DNA of 64,000 nt. Origin: an uncultured Phycisphaerales bacterium. Its GTDB lineage: Bacteria; Planctomycetota; Phycisphaerae; Sedimentisphaerales; Anaerohalosphaeraceae. The notes below the pieces were generated by a model, which worked only from the letters and a program-made list of their open reading frames with translations, ran no database searches and was not told where the DNA came from. The DNA is taken from positions 1,791-65,790 of the forward strand of contig CALMLO010000006.1 of NCBI GenBank assembly GCA_937868095.1, in the 5' to 3' direction. The position numbers and the translations under genes were made by a program. Shown one piece after another: positions 20,255 to 28,383 of the stretch. How positions within the stretch are numbered: the stretch's first letter is position 1; every line of letters begins with the position of its first letter.

Positions 20255-20788
20255 GTGTCCGGAAACGACGACAGAGTGGAAATTTTTTTGAATTTGTATT
20301 CGTCTTACCAGCCGCGGATATATGGATATATTATGTCCGCTATCGGGGATTGGAACCAAGCGGATGATATTCTTCAGGAAACCATGAGTGTTTTGTGGAA
20401 CAAATTTGATCAGTATGTCATCGGTACTGACTTTCTCTCTTGGGCGTTAAAGGTTGCCCATTTTCAGATTTTATGCCATATCAAAAAACAGAAAATTCAG
20501 AATAAATATTTCAGCCGGCAAACGATAGAAAACATCAGCGAGATAGCGGTTTCCTTGTCAACAGATACAGAAGAACCCCTCAAGGCCCTTCGCAAGTGCG
20601 TCAAAAATCTGCCTGAACGAAGTCAGCACCTGCTTGCCCTGCGTTATGAAGATAACACCACCATTCAGAAGATAGCCCGTCGGCTCCAGCAAAGTGTTCA
20701 TACCCTTTATAAAGAATACCAGAAAATCCATTATCAGCTTTTTCAGTGCATCCGCAGGCAGTTGGAGTGGAACCGAGCTGAACGATGA
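20255..20788 (+). CDS. ECF-type RNA polymerase sigma factor (sigma A of this window)
   Basis: GTG start. Region 2 is ADDILQETMSVLWNKFDQY and region 4 is LPERSQHLLALRYEDNTTIQKIARRL. The stop overlaps the anti-sigma start (ATGA at 20785-20788). From memory it resembles the Rhodopirellula/Verrucomicrobium ECF family; this needs an HMM check. Confidence 0.85.
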   Translation: MSGNDDRVEIFLNLYSSYQPRIYGYIMSAIGDWNQADDILQETMSVLWNKFDQYVIGTDFLSWALKVAHFQILCHIKKQKIQNKYFSRQTIENISEIAVSLSTDTEEPLKALRKCVKNLPERSQHLLALRYEDNTTIQKIARRLQQSVHTLYKEYQKIHYQLFQCIRRQLEWNRAER

Positions 20789-22602
20789 ATGCTGACCAGA
20801 TAAACAGAATGTTTCAGTTATTTGAGGCCGTTCGAGAGGGAATCGTCTCAGAAGAGCAGCTGGCCGAACTGGATCAAATCCTTGCCGAAAACAAAGAGGC
20901 CTGCCATTATTATCTTGAATACTTCAATATGTGTGTTCTTCTCAAAAGCGGCAAAGCTTTCGACCAGACCTTTTCCGCTATACCGGAGATGAATGATTCT
21001 CTTCGTGACATGGGTTTTTGGCAGGCGATGGCCAGAGAAGAGCAGACGGCCCCCGGAATGGAGATTCCCGCTGTCCCCGAAGAGGTTTCCCAAGAGAAGA
21101 TCCTGACGGCAATCAGAACCCCTCAGCCCAAAGTCAGCAAACTCTCTCTTTTTTCCCTGTTTCTGTCCTCTGCTGTCCTGATTTTCATGATTGTATATGC
21201 TCATCTTGTTTCTCTGAAACGGGGGATTGAGGTAGCCACGCTGGCCGACAGTATCGATGCCGTCTGGGATAGGCCGGCCTCGTCTATGCAGGCGGGAAGC
21301 AGACTAACGACAGATCACACTCGTTATCTCCTCCGGGCCGGCCTGGCGAAGTTGTTGTTTGATAACAGTGTGGAGGTATTGATTGAGGCGCCGTCTCAAT
21401 TCAGATTGTTGTCGCAGGACAAGGTTGAATTAGTCTATGGACGAATTTACGCCAAAGTCCCGCCCCAGGCCGTTGGATTTACGATAGATACCTTATCCGC
21501 TCAGATTGTGGATTGGGGCACGGAGTTCGGTGTGGAAGTAGATTACAAAGGAGACACATCCCTTCATGTAATGAAAGGCAAAACTTTGCTGGTTGTGGGG
21601 AATCAATCGAAACAGTCCGCTCTCCCAATCGAAGCCGGCACTGCCAAAAAAGTCTCCGCAACCACCAACACCGTATCCGATGTGCCCTGCGATCATGATC
21701 GGTTCATTCGGGATCTCGATTCCTCAAACAACTTTGTTTGGCGCGGCGAAGTAAAGCGTTGGGATGGTTATGTCAACTGGACCGCGGAGTCCGGGAATTG
21801 GGCCGATGGAGCCAATTGGGATACGGGAATCAAACCGGACGGCTCACGGTGTGTGCGGCTTCGAAAAGGGCCGACCTCTGTTTGTACGTTGAATACAGTC
21901 GAAAAGCCGATTAGTTCCGTCCTGATTGTTTCAAACGGCCAGACGCTTACTATCGAAGAAGGGGGCTATATGGGCTGCGGCTGGTCTCGTTTTGGAGGGT
22001 CCACTGTTTATATGCGCGGCAATGGAACCTGGCTGCTCAATAATGACGATTTATACATTGGGTACCCCGAAAAGGGGGCCGGTGAGTGCGTCTGGACAAT
22101 GTATGATCACAGCAAGATTGAAATTAACGATGACCAGGATGACGGCGAGGTTTTGTACATTTCTCAGGACAATGCAAAAGGAACCCTGAGACTGGTTGGT
22201 TCGAATGTGAGCATCCGCTGCGATCAGCTGTACGTGGGATACCCAAGAAATCCGGGATTTTCACCCGTTGCAGTGCTTGAATATGTGATGGACGCCAACG
22301 GCGCCGGCATCATTCGGGTTGGATATCGAGTCTATCTGGCCGAAGAAACTGCATCATCTTATCTTCTGCTTCGTGCCCCGGAACCTCTTCCTAAAAAAGA
22401 TATTGTCCTGATCGAGATTCTCGGGAATGAAAAAAAGATTCGAGGAAAAGGAGCGTTCACCGCAATGAACGGAGGACCTGCTGCCGAAGGGACTCCTGTT
22501 CAGTTAGGCGGCAACTTGTACACCCTTACCTACCGATATGAAGCCAATGGAGATGGATATCTGAATGATATTGCTTTGGTCTTTCAAACGGATTCGCCTT
22601 AG
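20785..22602 (+). CDS. FecR-like transmembrane anti-sigma factor with an unassigned ~287-aa C-terminal module
   Basis: Translationally coupled to the sigma gene. It has an N-terminal helical anti-sigma segment, one TM helix (LSLFSLFLSSAVLIFMIVYAHLV) and a FecR core (GFTIDTLSAQIVDWGTEFGVEVDYKGDTSLHVMKGKTLL). The C-terminal extension is homologous to the next two proteins. Confidence 0.85.
   Translation: MNADQINRMFQLFEAVREGIVSEEQLAELDQILAENKEACHYYLEYFNMCVLLKSGKAFDQTFSAIPEMNDSLRDMGFWQAMAREEQTAPGMEIPAVPEEVSQEKILTAIRTPQPKVSKLSLFSLFLSSAVLIFMIVYAHLVSLKRGIEVATLADSIDAVWDRPASSMQAGSRLTTDHTRYLLRAGLAKLLFDNSVEVLIEAPSQFRLLSQDKVELVYGRIYAKVPPQAVGFTIDTLSAQIVDWGTEFGVEVDYKGDTSLHVMKGKTLLVVGNQSKQSALPIEAGTAKKVSATTNTVSDVPCDHDRFIRDLDSSNNFVWRGEVKRWDGYVNWTAESGNWADGANWDTGIKPDGSRCVRLRKGPTSVCTLNTVEKPISSVLIVSNGQTLTIEEGGYMGCGWSRFGGSTVYMRGNGTWLLNNDDLYIGYPEKGAGECVWTMYDHSKIEINDDQDDGEVLYISQDNAKGTLRLVGSNVSIRCDQLYVGYPRNPGFSPVAVLEYVMDANGAGIIRVGYRVYLAEETASSYLLLRAPEPLPKKDIVLIEILGNEKKIRGKGAFTAMNGGPAAEGTPVQLGGNLYTLTYRYEANGDGYLNDIALVFQTDSP
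21739..22599 (+). other. shared unassigned module, copy 1 (C-terminus of the anti-sigma)
   Basis: Aligns colinearly with 22887-23699 and 24749-25561. Shared strings include NGQT.xIExGG, LNNDDLYxG, GTLRxVGS, STLEY, LPxKDIVLI, GKGxFxxMNGGPAxEG, LGGNLYxLxY and NDIAxV. Confidence 0.75.
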
Positions 22603-22826
22603 GACCGAAGGTATCTCTTTAGGGGTCGGTCTGAAGAGCGGATGAAATAAAAATGGTGTTTTTGGGAGGATGAGCGGGATGAGAAGAACTTTTTAAGGAG
22701 AGGGTTTTGCTTTCTGTTCACAGGGCGGACAACGCCGACTTGGCTTGAAATGGCCGATTGATTCCCCTCTATTGCAGGAGTCATCAAAGTAAATTCTAAT
22801 CAACTTAATCGGAAAGGGCGTAATTT

Positions 22827-24500
22827 ATGAAAAAGACAAGTCTCATTTTATTGTTCTTCCTTCTTTTAGCCGGTGTGCTGATTGCAGATTTTGAATGGAA
22901 TGTCGAATCCGGTACTTGGAATGAACCATCCAACTGGAAGGGCGGCGTGAAACCCAACGGTACCGCCAATATCAATCTCCGATACAGTCCCGCCTCTGTG
23001 TGCATTCTGAATACAGATGAAGGATTGTTTCCAAACCGCCTGATGATTCAGAACGGTCAGACCTGGAATATTGAAAACGGAGGTCGTGCCGGTTTTACCT
23101 GGGCCAGAATTGGTTATGGCGCCAACGCAGCTGTTAATATGACAGGGAATGCTGTCTATGTACTGAACAATGATGATTTGTATATCGGCGAACTGAACGG
23201 CAATGCCGTCTGGACAATGTATGATACCAGTTCAATTGTCTTGGCGGATCCTTCACGAAATGATGACAACGTGTATGTCGGCAAGGACGGCATGGGAACC
23301 TTGCGGATTGTCGGCTCTAAGGTGACAATCGCTCCCGCTCGAATTGACTTCGGGTGGATTCGAACCACCGATGCCAAACCCGTAAGCACGCTGGAGTATA
23401 TTATGGATGCGGATGGCGCCAGCACGATTGTGACGCAGCGCATCAACAGACTTGGAGATCCAGGGAGCACCAATCATCTGGTACTCAGTACTACAGCACC
23501 TCTTCCGGAAAAGGATATTGTGCTCATCATGGCAACCGGTGGATACAGCACCGGCGGCAAAGGCGTGTTTGATACGATGAACGGCGGACCAGCCGGGGAG
23601 GGTGCTCAAATTGTACTTGGCGGAAACCTATATGCTCTGAGTTATAAATATGATGCCAATCATGACAGCCAAAATAATGATATTGCTCTGGTTTTCATCC
23701 GCTCTGCGAAACACATGGCCTCCAGCCCCATCCCGCCCCATGGAGCAGTACTGACCTCAAGTCCTGTGGAGCTGAGCTGGACGCTTCCTGATCCCAACGA
23801 CGGTGTCAGCAGCATTACCTGTTATGTCTGTTTGGGTATGGAACTGCCGGATCCGAATAGGACGAACATGGACTGTGTGATGCTGCCGCCCAATGTATCA
23901 ACTGTGGCCGTTGATTCGGCCAATTTCCACCGATACGGTATCCAGCCCCTGCCGGATTCCAACGATTTTTACTGGATTGTTGATTGCTTCGATTCCAGCC
24001 CGGCAGTCAGCCCTGAGGAGGGGAAAGGCATAGTGTGGAAATTTACGACGGATTACAATAATGCTCCGTCTGTCGATGCCGGTCCTGACCAGGTGGCTTG
24101 GCTGGGCAAAAGCGGCACCTCCGGCCAGGAAGTGATTACATTAGCGGGCACCTATTCGGATGACGAAAAACCAAATCCTCCAGGCACGTGCACGCTCCAG
24201 TGGACGCAGGTGAGCGGCCCGGCCGACGCAGCAATTGTACCGGATAATGACAAAACGGCCGCAGTGACTATTACCACCGCCGGCGTATATCAGTTTATGC
24301 TTACTGCCGACGACGGCGAAAAACAAGGCAGCGATACGGTTCAGGTAATTGTGGGCTCTGACTCCTGCCACGCTTCGTATCTGAATGGGACAAACTATAA
24401 CTCGAAGGATTTCAATCTTGATTGTACTGTCGATCTGATAGACTTCGCTGATTTTGCGGCAGACTGGCTCGCCTGCACAAACACCTTCGAAGGATGTTAG
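22827..24500 (+). CDS. secreted non-catalytic protein: shared module + FN3-like + PKD/Ig-like + dockerin-like tail
   Basis: Signal peptide MKKTSLILLFFLLLAGVLIA, then the N-terminal module homologous to the anti-sigma C-terminus. It continues with an FN3-like segment (VELSWTLP..FYWIVDC..VWKFTT), a PKD-like segment (PSVDAGPDQVAW..QWTQVSGP) and the tail DFNLDCTVDLIDFADFAADWL. Confidence 0.85.
   Translation: MKKTSLILLFFLLLAGVLIADFEWNVESGTWNEPSNWKGGVKPNGTANINLRYSPASVCILNTDEGLFPNRLMIQNGQTWNIENGGRAGFTWARIGYGANAAVNMTGNAVYVLNNDDLYIGELNGNAVWTMYDTSSIVLADPSRNDDNVYVGKDGMGTLRIVGSKVTIAPARIDFGWIRTTDAKPVSTLEYIMDADGASTIVTQRINRLGDPGSTNHLVLSTTAPLPEKDIVLIMATGGYSTGGKGVFDTMNGGPAGEGAQIVLGGNLYALSYKYDANHDSQNNDIALVFIRSAKHMASSPIPPHGAVLTSSPVELSWTLPDPNDGVSSITCYVCLGMELPDPNRTNMDCVMLPPNVSTVAVDSANFHRYGIQPLPDSNDFYWIVDCFDSSPAVSPEEGKGIVWKFTTDYNNAPSVDAGPDQVAWLGKSGTSGQEVITLAGTYSDDEKPNPPGTCTLQWTQVSGPADAAIVPDNDKTAAVTITTAGVYQFMLTADDGEKQGSDTVQVIVGSDSCHASYLNGTNYNSKDFNLDCTVDLIDFADFAADWLACTNTFEGC
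22887..23699 (+). other. shared unassigned module, copy 2 (N-terminus of a secreted protein)
   Basis: See 21739-22599. Confidence 0.75.
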
Positions 24501-24539
24501 GAAATGAAGTCCAAAGAAGGGGACAAAGGATTGGCGTAT

Positions 24540-24578
24540 AATTCGGGTCTGCCTCTTGTTCTGAGGCAGACCCGAATT
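24540..24578 (+). terminator. strong stem-loop between the two paralogues (terminator or processing/attenuation site)
   Basis: Perfect 16-bp stem AATTCGGGTCTGCCTC (24540-24555) / GAGGCAGACCCGAATT (24563-24578) with a 7-nt loop. Only a weak U-tract (GCTTTC) follows. Confidence 0.5.
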
Positions 24579-24664
24579 GCTTTCATCCTCGAAAAGAACA
24601 TTACTTTTGTTTCACTATTCAACTCCCGAAAAACTGATAAAGCGAGATTGCAGAGGAAAAGAGA

Positions 24665-26977
24665 ATGAAATGGAACAGGCGGCAAATCACGTTTTTTCTG
24701 ACGGCAATACCGGCATGGTTTTCTTTTTTTATCTGCCCTGCCAGCGCAGATACCAGCTGGAATGCAGAAGCCGGCTATTGGGCAGACGACGCAAACTGGA
24801 CAGACCTCAAGCCGGATGGCGAGGATGCCTATATCTATCTCCGCTTCAGCAGTACGTCTGTATGCACCCTGGATACCTTTGAAGGGTTGTTTTCATCTCG
24901 CCTGATTATGCAGAACGGCCAGACGCTGCGCATTGAAGAAGGCGGATACGTCGGTGCAAAGTGGGCACGCCTTGGACGAGGAAGTTCCTCCTATGTCATT
25001 CTCAGCGGCAGCGGCACCTATGTGCTCAATGATGATGATTTGTATTGCGGTCTGGAGGGTGGGCATTGCGAATGGAGAATGTTTGGCACCGCCGCCCTGC
25101 TCCTCAGCGAAGAGGACGGAGACGATGGGGAAGAAGTGTATTTTGGATATAATGGCGGAAGCGCATTGCTTCAGCTGAACGGCTCTGAAGTTACGGTGCA
25201 AGTCGATCAGATTCATTTCAGCAGCAGGGCGGATATGGGGACTCCCTCTTCGACGCTTGAGTTCGTTTTAGATGAAGGGGGAGCGGCACGGATTGTGAGC
25301 AAACGGATTTATCTTGGCGAGAACGGCACATCGCATCTTGTAATTACCGACCCAGGGGTGACCCTCGGGGCAGGAGATATTGTCCTGCTGGAAGCGGCCG
25401 GAAGTGCCGGAATCGGCGGCAAAGGGGTGTTCGATACCCTTAACGGCGGGCCGGCCGACGAGGGCACATATATCACGCTGGGCGGCAATCTTTATGTGCT
25501 CACCTATGCCTATGCGGCCTCCGGAGATTCAATTCAAAATGATATAGCCATGGTTTACCAGGCGGCCCCCTATGCTTTGTATAAAGCCCATTCGCCGATG
25601 CCGGAAGACGGCAGCTGCGTGATTGACAGTCCGACCGTCCTGAAATGGACCAATCCGAAACCGGCAGGGGGAGTGCCGACCTGTACGGTGTATTTGGGGA
25701 CAGTTTCCGACCGGGCGGCTATGGCTCGGGTGACCCTTGAGCCGGCGGCCTCGTCGGTTCAGCTCAACGCAGCCAACTTCCCGACCTATGGCGCCCAGCC
25801 CCTGGCCGATGGGACTACCTATTATTGGATTGTGGATTGTGCCTATGCCGATCCCGCTTTGCCGCCTGAGGCCGGACAAGGCGATGTATGGACATTTCAA
25901 ACATTGCTGTCGCTGCCCAAACAGGATGGATTTGGCGGTCAAGCCGTCGGCGGGGCAGGCGGAGCAGTGGTGACAGTCAGCGATTTCAACACTTTCAAGT
26001 ATTTCGCCACGTCCGAAAACCCCTATATCATTCGCGTTTCAGGTACGATTGATTTCGGATACGGCGTCAAAGTCCAGCCCAAATCCAATAAGACAATCGA
26101 GGGCGCAGACCCCCGCGCCGTGATTATAGGCAATATCGACTTAAGCGGAAGTCAAAACTGCAATAATGTCATCATTCGGAACTTGAACATTACCAATCCC
26201 TATCGGGATCCTGTTACAGATGACGGCTCCGATGGGATTACCGTCTGGGGCGCAACCAATGTGCTTATCACACACTGTACCATCTATGACTGCGGCGATG
26301 GACTCTGCGATATCACGCGGTCCTCAGACAATGTCACGGTGTCGTGGTGTAAATTTTACTACACCGACCCGTCGGATTCCCACCGATTCACCATGATATC
26401 CGGCAACGACCCCTCTTGCCGTCCCCACATCACATTGCATCACAACTGGTGGGCTCAGAACTGCGACCAGCGCATGCCGTCGGGAAGCTGGAGCACCGTC
26501 CACATGTATAACAACTACTTTACCTGCACTGGTAACTACTATTGCTCCAATGTTCGTGACGGCGGTGAGATGTTGAGTGAAAGCAATTATTACCTCAACG
26601 TCAGCAATCCCGTTACCGTGAGCTTGCCTCCCGCATCAGGACAACCCGCCGGCCGTATCAAGACAAGGGACAATGCCTATGTTTCCTGTACCGGGACCAT
26701 TTACCCCGGCCGAGACACGGTATTTACGCCAAGTTACGCCTATACCATCGATGCAGTGGCTGATGTGCCTGCGATTGTTTCCGCCGGCGCCGGCAACCGG
26801 CTTTATGGCGATTTCAATGGGGATGGGAGGGTGGATGCAGAGGATTTGTATTTGTTTTCAGAGTTCTGGCTGGATGACAGCAATCGGGCCGCATTTTATC
26901 AGGATCTCAATGGGGACGGCCGGGTTAACTTCTATGAGTTTGTTTCCTTTGCCGGACATTGGCTTCAGACCTATTGA
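24665..26977 (+). CDS. secreted PL1-family pectate lyase with N-terminal shared module, FN3-like module and double dockerin-like tail
   Basis: Signal peptide, then the shared module and an FN3-like segment (VLKWTNP..TYYWIVDC..VWTFQT). PL1 motifs: KSNKTIEG..VIIRNLNI..DGITVWGATNVLITHCTIYDCGDGLCDIT..VTVSWCKF..ITLHHNWW..DQRMPS..VHMYNNYF. Tail: GDFNGDGRVDAEDL..DLNGDGRVNFYEFVSFAGHWL. Confidence 0.85.
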   Translation: MKWNRRQITFFLTAIPAWFSFFICPASADTSWNAEAGYWADDANWTDLKPDGEDAYIYLRFSSTSVCTLDTFEGLFSSRLIMQNGQTLRIEEGGYVGAKWARLGRGSSSYVILSGSGTYVLNDDDLYCGLEGGHCEWRMFGTAALLLSEEDGDDGEEVYFGYNGGSALLQLNGSEVTVQVDQIHFSSRADMGTPSSTLEFVLDEGGAARIVSKRIYLGENGTSHLVITDPGVTLGAGDIVLLEAAGSAGIGGKGVFDTLNGGPADEGTYITLGGNLYVLTYAYAASGDSIQNDIAMVYQAAPYALYKAHSPMPEDGSCVIDSPTVLKWTNPKPAGGVPTCTVYLGTVSDRAAMARVTLEPAASSVQLNAANFPTYGAQPLADGTTYYWIVDCAYADPALPPEAGQGDVWTFQTLLSLPKQDGFGGQAVGGAGGAVVTVSDFNTFKYFATSENPYIIRVSGTIDFGYGVKVQPKSNKTIEGADPRAVIIGNIDLSGSQNCNNVIIRNLNITNPYRDPVTDDGSDGITVWGATNVLITHCTIYDCGDGLCDITRSSDNVTVSWCKFYYTDPSDSHRFTMISGNDPSCRPHITLHHNWWAQNCDQRMPSGSWSTVHMYNNYFTCTGNYYCSNVRDGGEMLSESNYYLNVSNPVTVSLPPASGQPAGRIKTRDNAYVSCTGTIYPGRDTVFTPSYAYTIDAVADVPAIVSAGAGNRLYGDFNGDGRVDAEDLYLFSEFWLDDSNRAAFYQDLNGDGRVNFYEFVSFAGHWLQTY
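24749..25561 (+). other. shared unassigned module, copy 3 (N-terminus of the pectate lyase)
   Basis: See 21739-22599. Confidence 0.75.
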
Positions 26978-27133
26978 CCAATGACAAACAGAGGCCTCCT
27001 GCGGGATCCCTCCATGCGTAGTGAGCCGCAGCGCAAAACCCTTGCCGACTGCCGGCCTGTCGGGTAGGATAGCACCAAACAAACGCCTTGGTTGTGGTTT
27101 GTATGGATTTTATTGAGACTCGAAGGATTGCGC

Positions 27134-27625
27134 ATGAGCCGGGAAGACTCTGTTTCTGTCGATGAACGCTATATGCGAATGGCCATTGACCAGGCCTATA
27201 TTGCGGAAGAAAACGGCGATGTTCCAATCGGTTGTGTTATTGTGCATGAAGACCGTGTGATTGCCCGCGCCTATAATCAGCGGGAACAGCTCAACGACCC
27301 CACGGCCCACGCCGAAATTATTGCTTTGACTCAGGCGGCCGAATCCCTCGGCAGCTGGCGTCTGGGCGGCTGCACAATGTATGTGACGCTGGAACCCTGT
27401 CCGATGTGTGCGGGGGCACTGGTTCTGGCACGGCTGGATCGGCTGGTGTATGGAACTGATGATCCCAAAATGGGGGCTGTCCGCAGTTTGTACAATATTG
27501 TTCAGGACCCTCGCTTGAATCACCGCCTTGAAGTTACCAGCGGCGTCCTGGCCGACGACTGCCGAGCCCAACTGAAGGCCTTTTTTCAGCGTCGGCGAAA
27601 TGAATCCAAAAACGGCCTCCAATAA
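27134..27625 (+). CDS. tadA: tRNA-specific adenosine deaminase
   Basis: Motifs [36 protein letters not shown] (H-A-E and PC-x-x-C zinc motifs of CDA-fold TadA). The start is at ATG 27134 within ORF 27092-27625. Confidence 0.9.
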   Translation: MSREDSVSVDERYMRMAIDQAYIAEENGDVPIGCVIVHEDRVIARAYNQREQLNDPTAHAEIIALTQAAESLGSWRLGGCTMYVTLEPCPMCAGALVLARLDRLVYGTDDPKMGAVRSLYNIVQDPRLNHRLEVTSGVLADDCRAQLKAFFQRRRNESKNGLQ

Positions 27626-27716
27626 CCCTGGCTTTTTCCGCTGCAAATCTTATTAGGCCATTTTATACATCCGCGAAATATCTGCTTTTATTGGCCAAAC
27701 AAGGGACATCTTCTGT

Positions 27717-27735
27717 CCGAAAATATTATTTTCGG
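27717..27735 (+). promoter_or_regulatory. perfect 9-1-9 palindrome upstream of the second ECF sigma gene (candidate operator or small hairpin)
   Basis: CCGAAAATA-T-TATTTTCGG lies 104 nt upstream of ATG 27839 and directly abuts the TTCTGTCC octamer at 27711-27718. Confidence 0.35.
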
Positions 27736-27838
27736 GCAAGTTTTGTTGAAGATTTTGGAAAAATAAAGGGAAAAACAAGGTCCTTTTGACAAGTACTTTA
27801 TAGAGGATGAATAAAAATAAATCGAACAGGGTTCACAG

Positions 27839-28381
27839 ATGTGGGCGAATTCAGATAAAAATCAGCTCGATAGAACCAAATCCTTCATGCGGCTGGTATT
27901 TGCAAACGAAAGGCGAATTTATGCCTATATATATCTTTTAATCCCCATTCAATCAGAAGCAGAAGACATTTTCCAGGACACATTGTCTGTAATGTGGAGC
28001 AAGTATGACCAGTTCGAGCGGGAACGGGATTTTGGAGCGTGGGGAATCGGAATTGCTTCCAATCTGATAAAAAATTACCGAAGGAAAAGGAAAAACCAAT
28101 CTTTTTTTCTTGAAGAGGACCTTGAGAACCTTTTGGAAAAAGAGGCCCGGCAATCCATAAAATCTCTGGATGCCCGTATCGAGGCCTTACGTCAGTGTCT
28201 TTCTCATCTCGATCCGCTTGACCGGAAAATCATCCATATGAGGTATGAAGAGGATATTGCGGTAAAAGCAATTGCTGAAAAGATTCGCACCACAATCAAG
28301 GCAATTTATGTGAAATTGGCCCGTTCCCACGACCAGCTGCTTCGCTGCATTCGAAGAACGTTAGCCGAACAAGGAAACTGA
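27839..28381 (+). CDS. ECF-type RNA polymerase sigma factor (sigma B of this window)
   Basis: Aligns along its whole length with 20255-20788 (RIYAYIY..AEDIFQDTLSVMWSKYDQF..LDPLDRKIIHMRYEEDIAVKAIAEKI). Confidence 0.85.
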   Translation: MWANSDKNQLDRTKSFMRLVFANERRIYAYIYLLIPIQSEAEDIFQDTLSVMWSKYDQFERERDFGAWGIGIASNLIKNYRRKRKNQSFFLEEDLENLLEKEARQSIKSLDARIEALRQCLSHLDPLDRKIIHMRYEEDIAVKAIAEKIRTTIKAIYVKLARSHDQLLRCIRRTLAEQGN

Positions 28382-28383
28382 GC

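Noticed and set aside
20075-20359. A 94-aa minus-strand ORF overlapping the start of the sigma A gene.
   Set aside because: It overlaps a well-supported ECF sigma gene, has no RBS or motif, and ends in a basic low-complexity tail.
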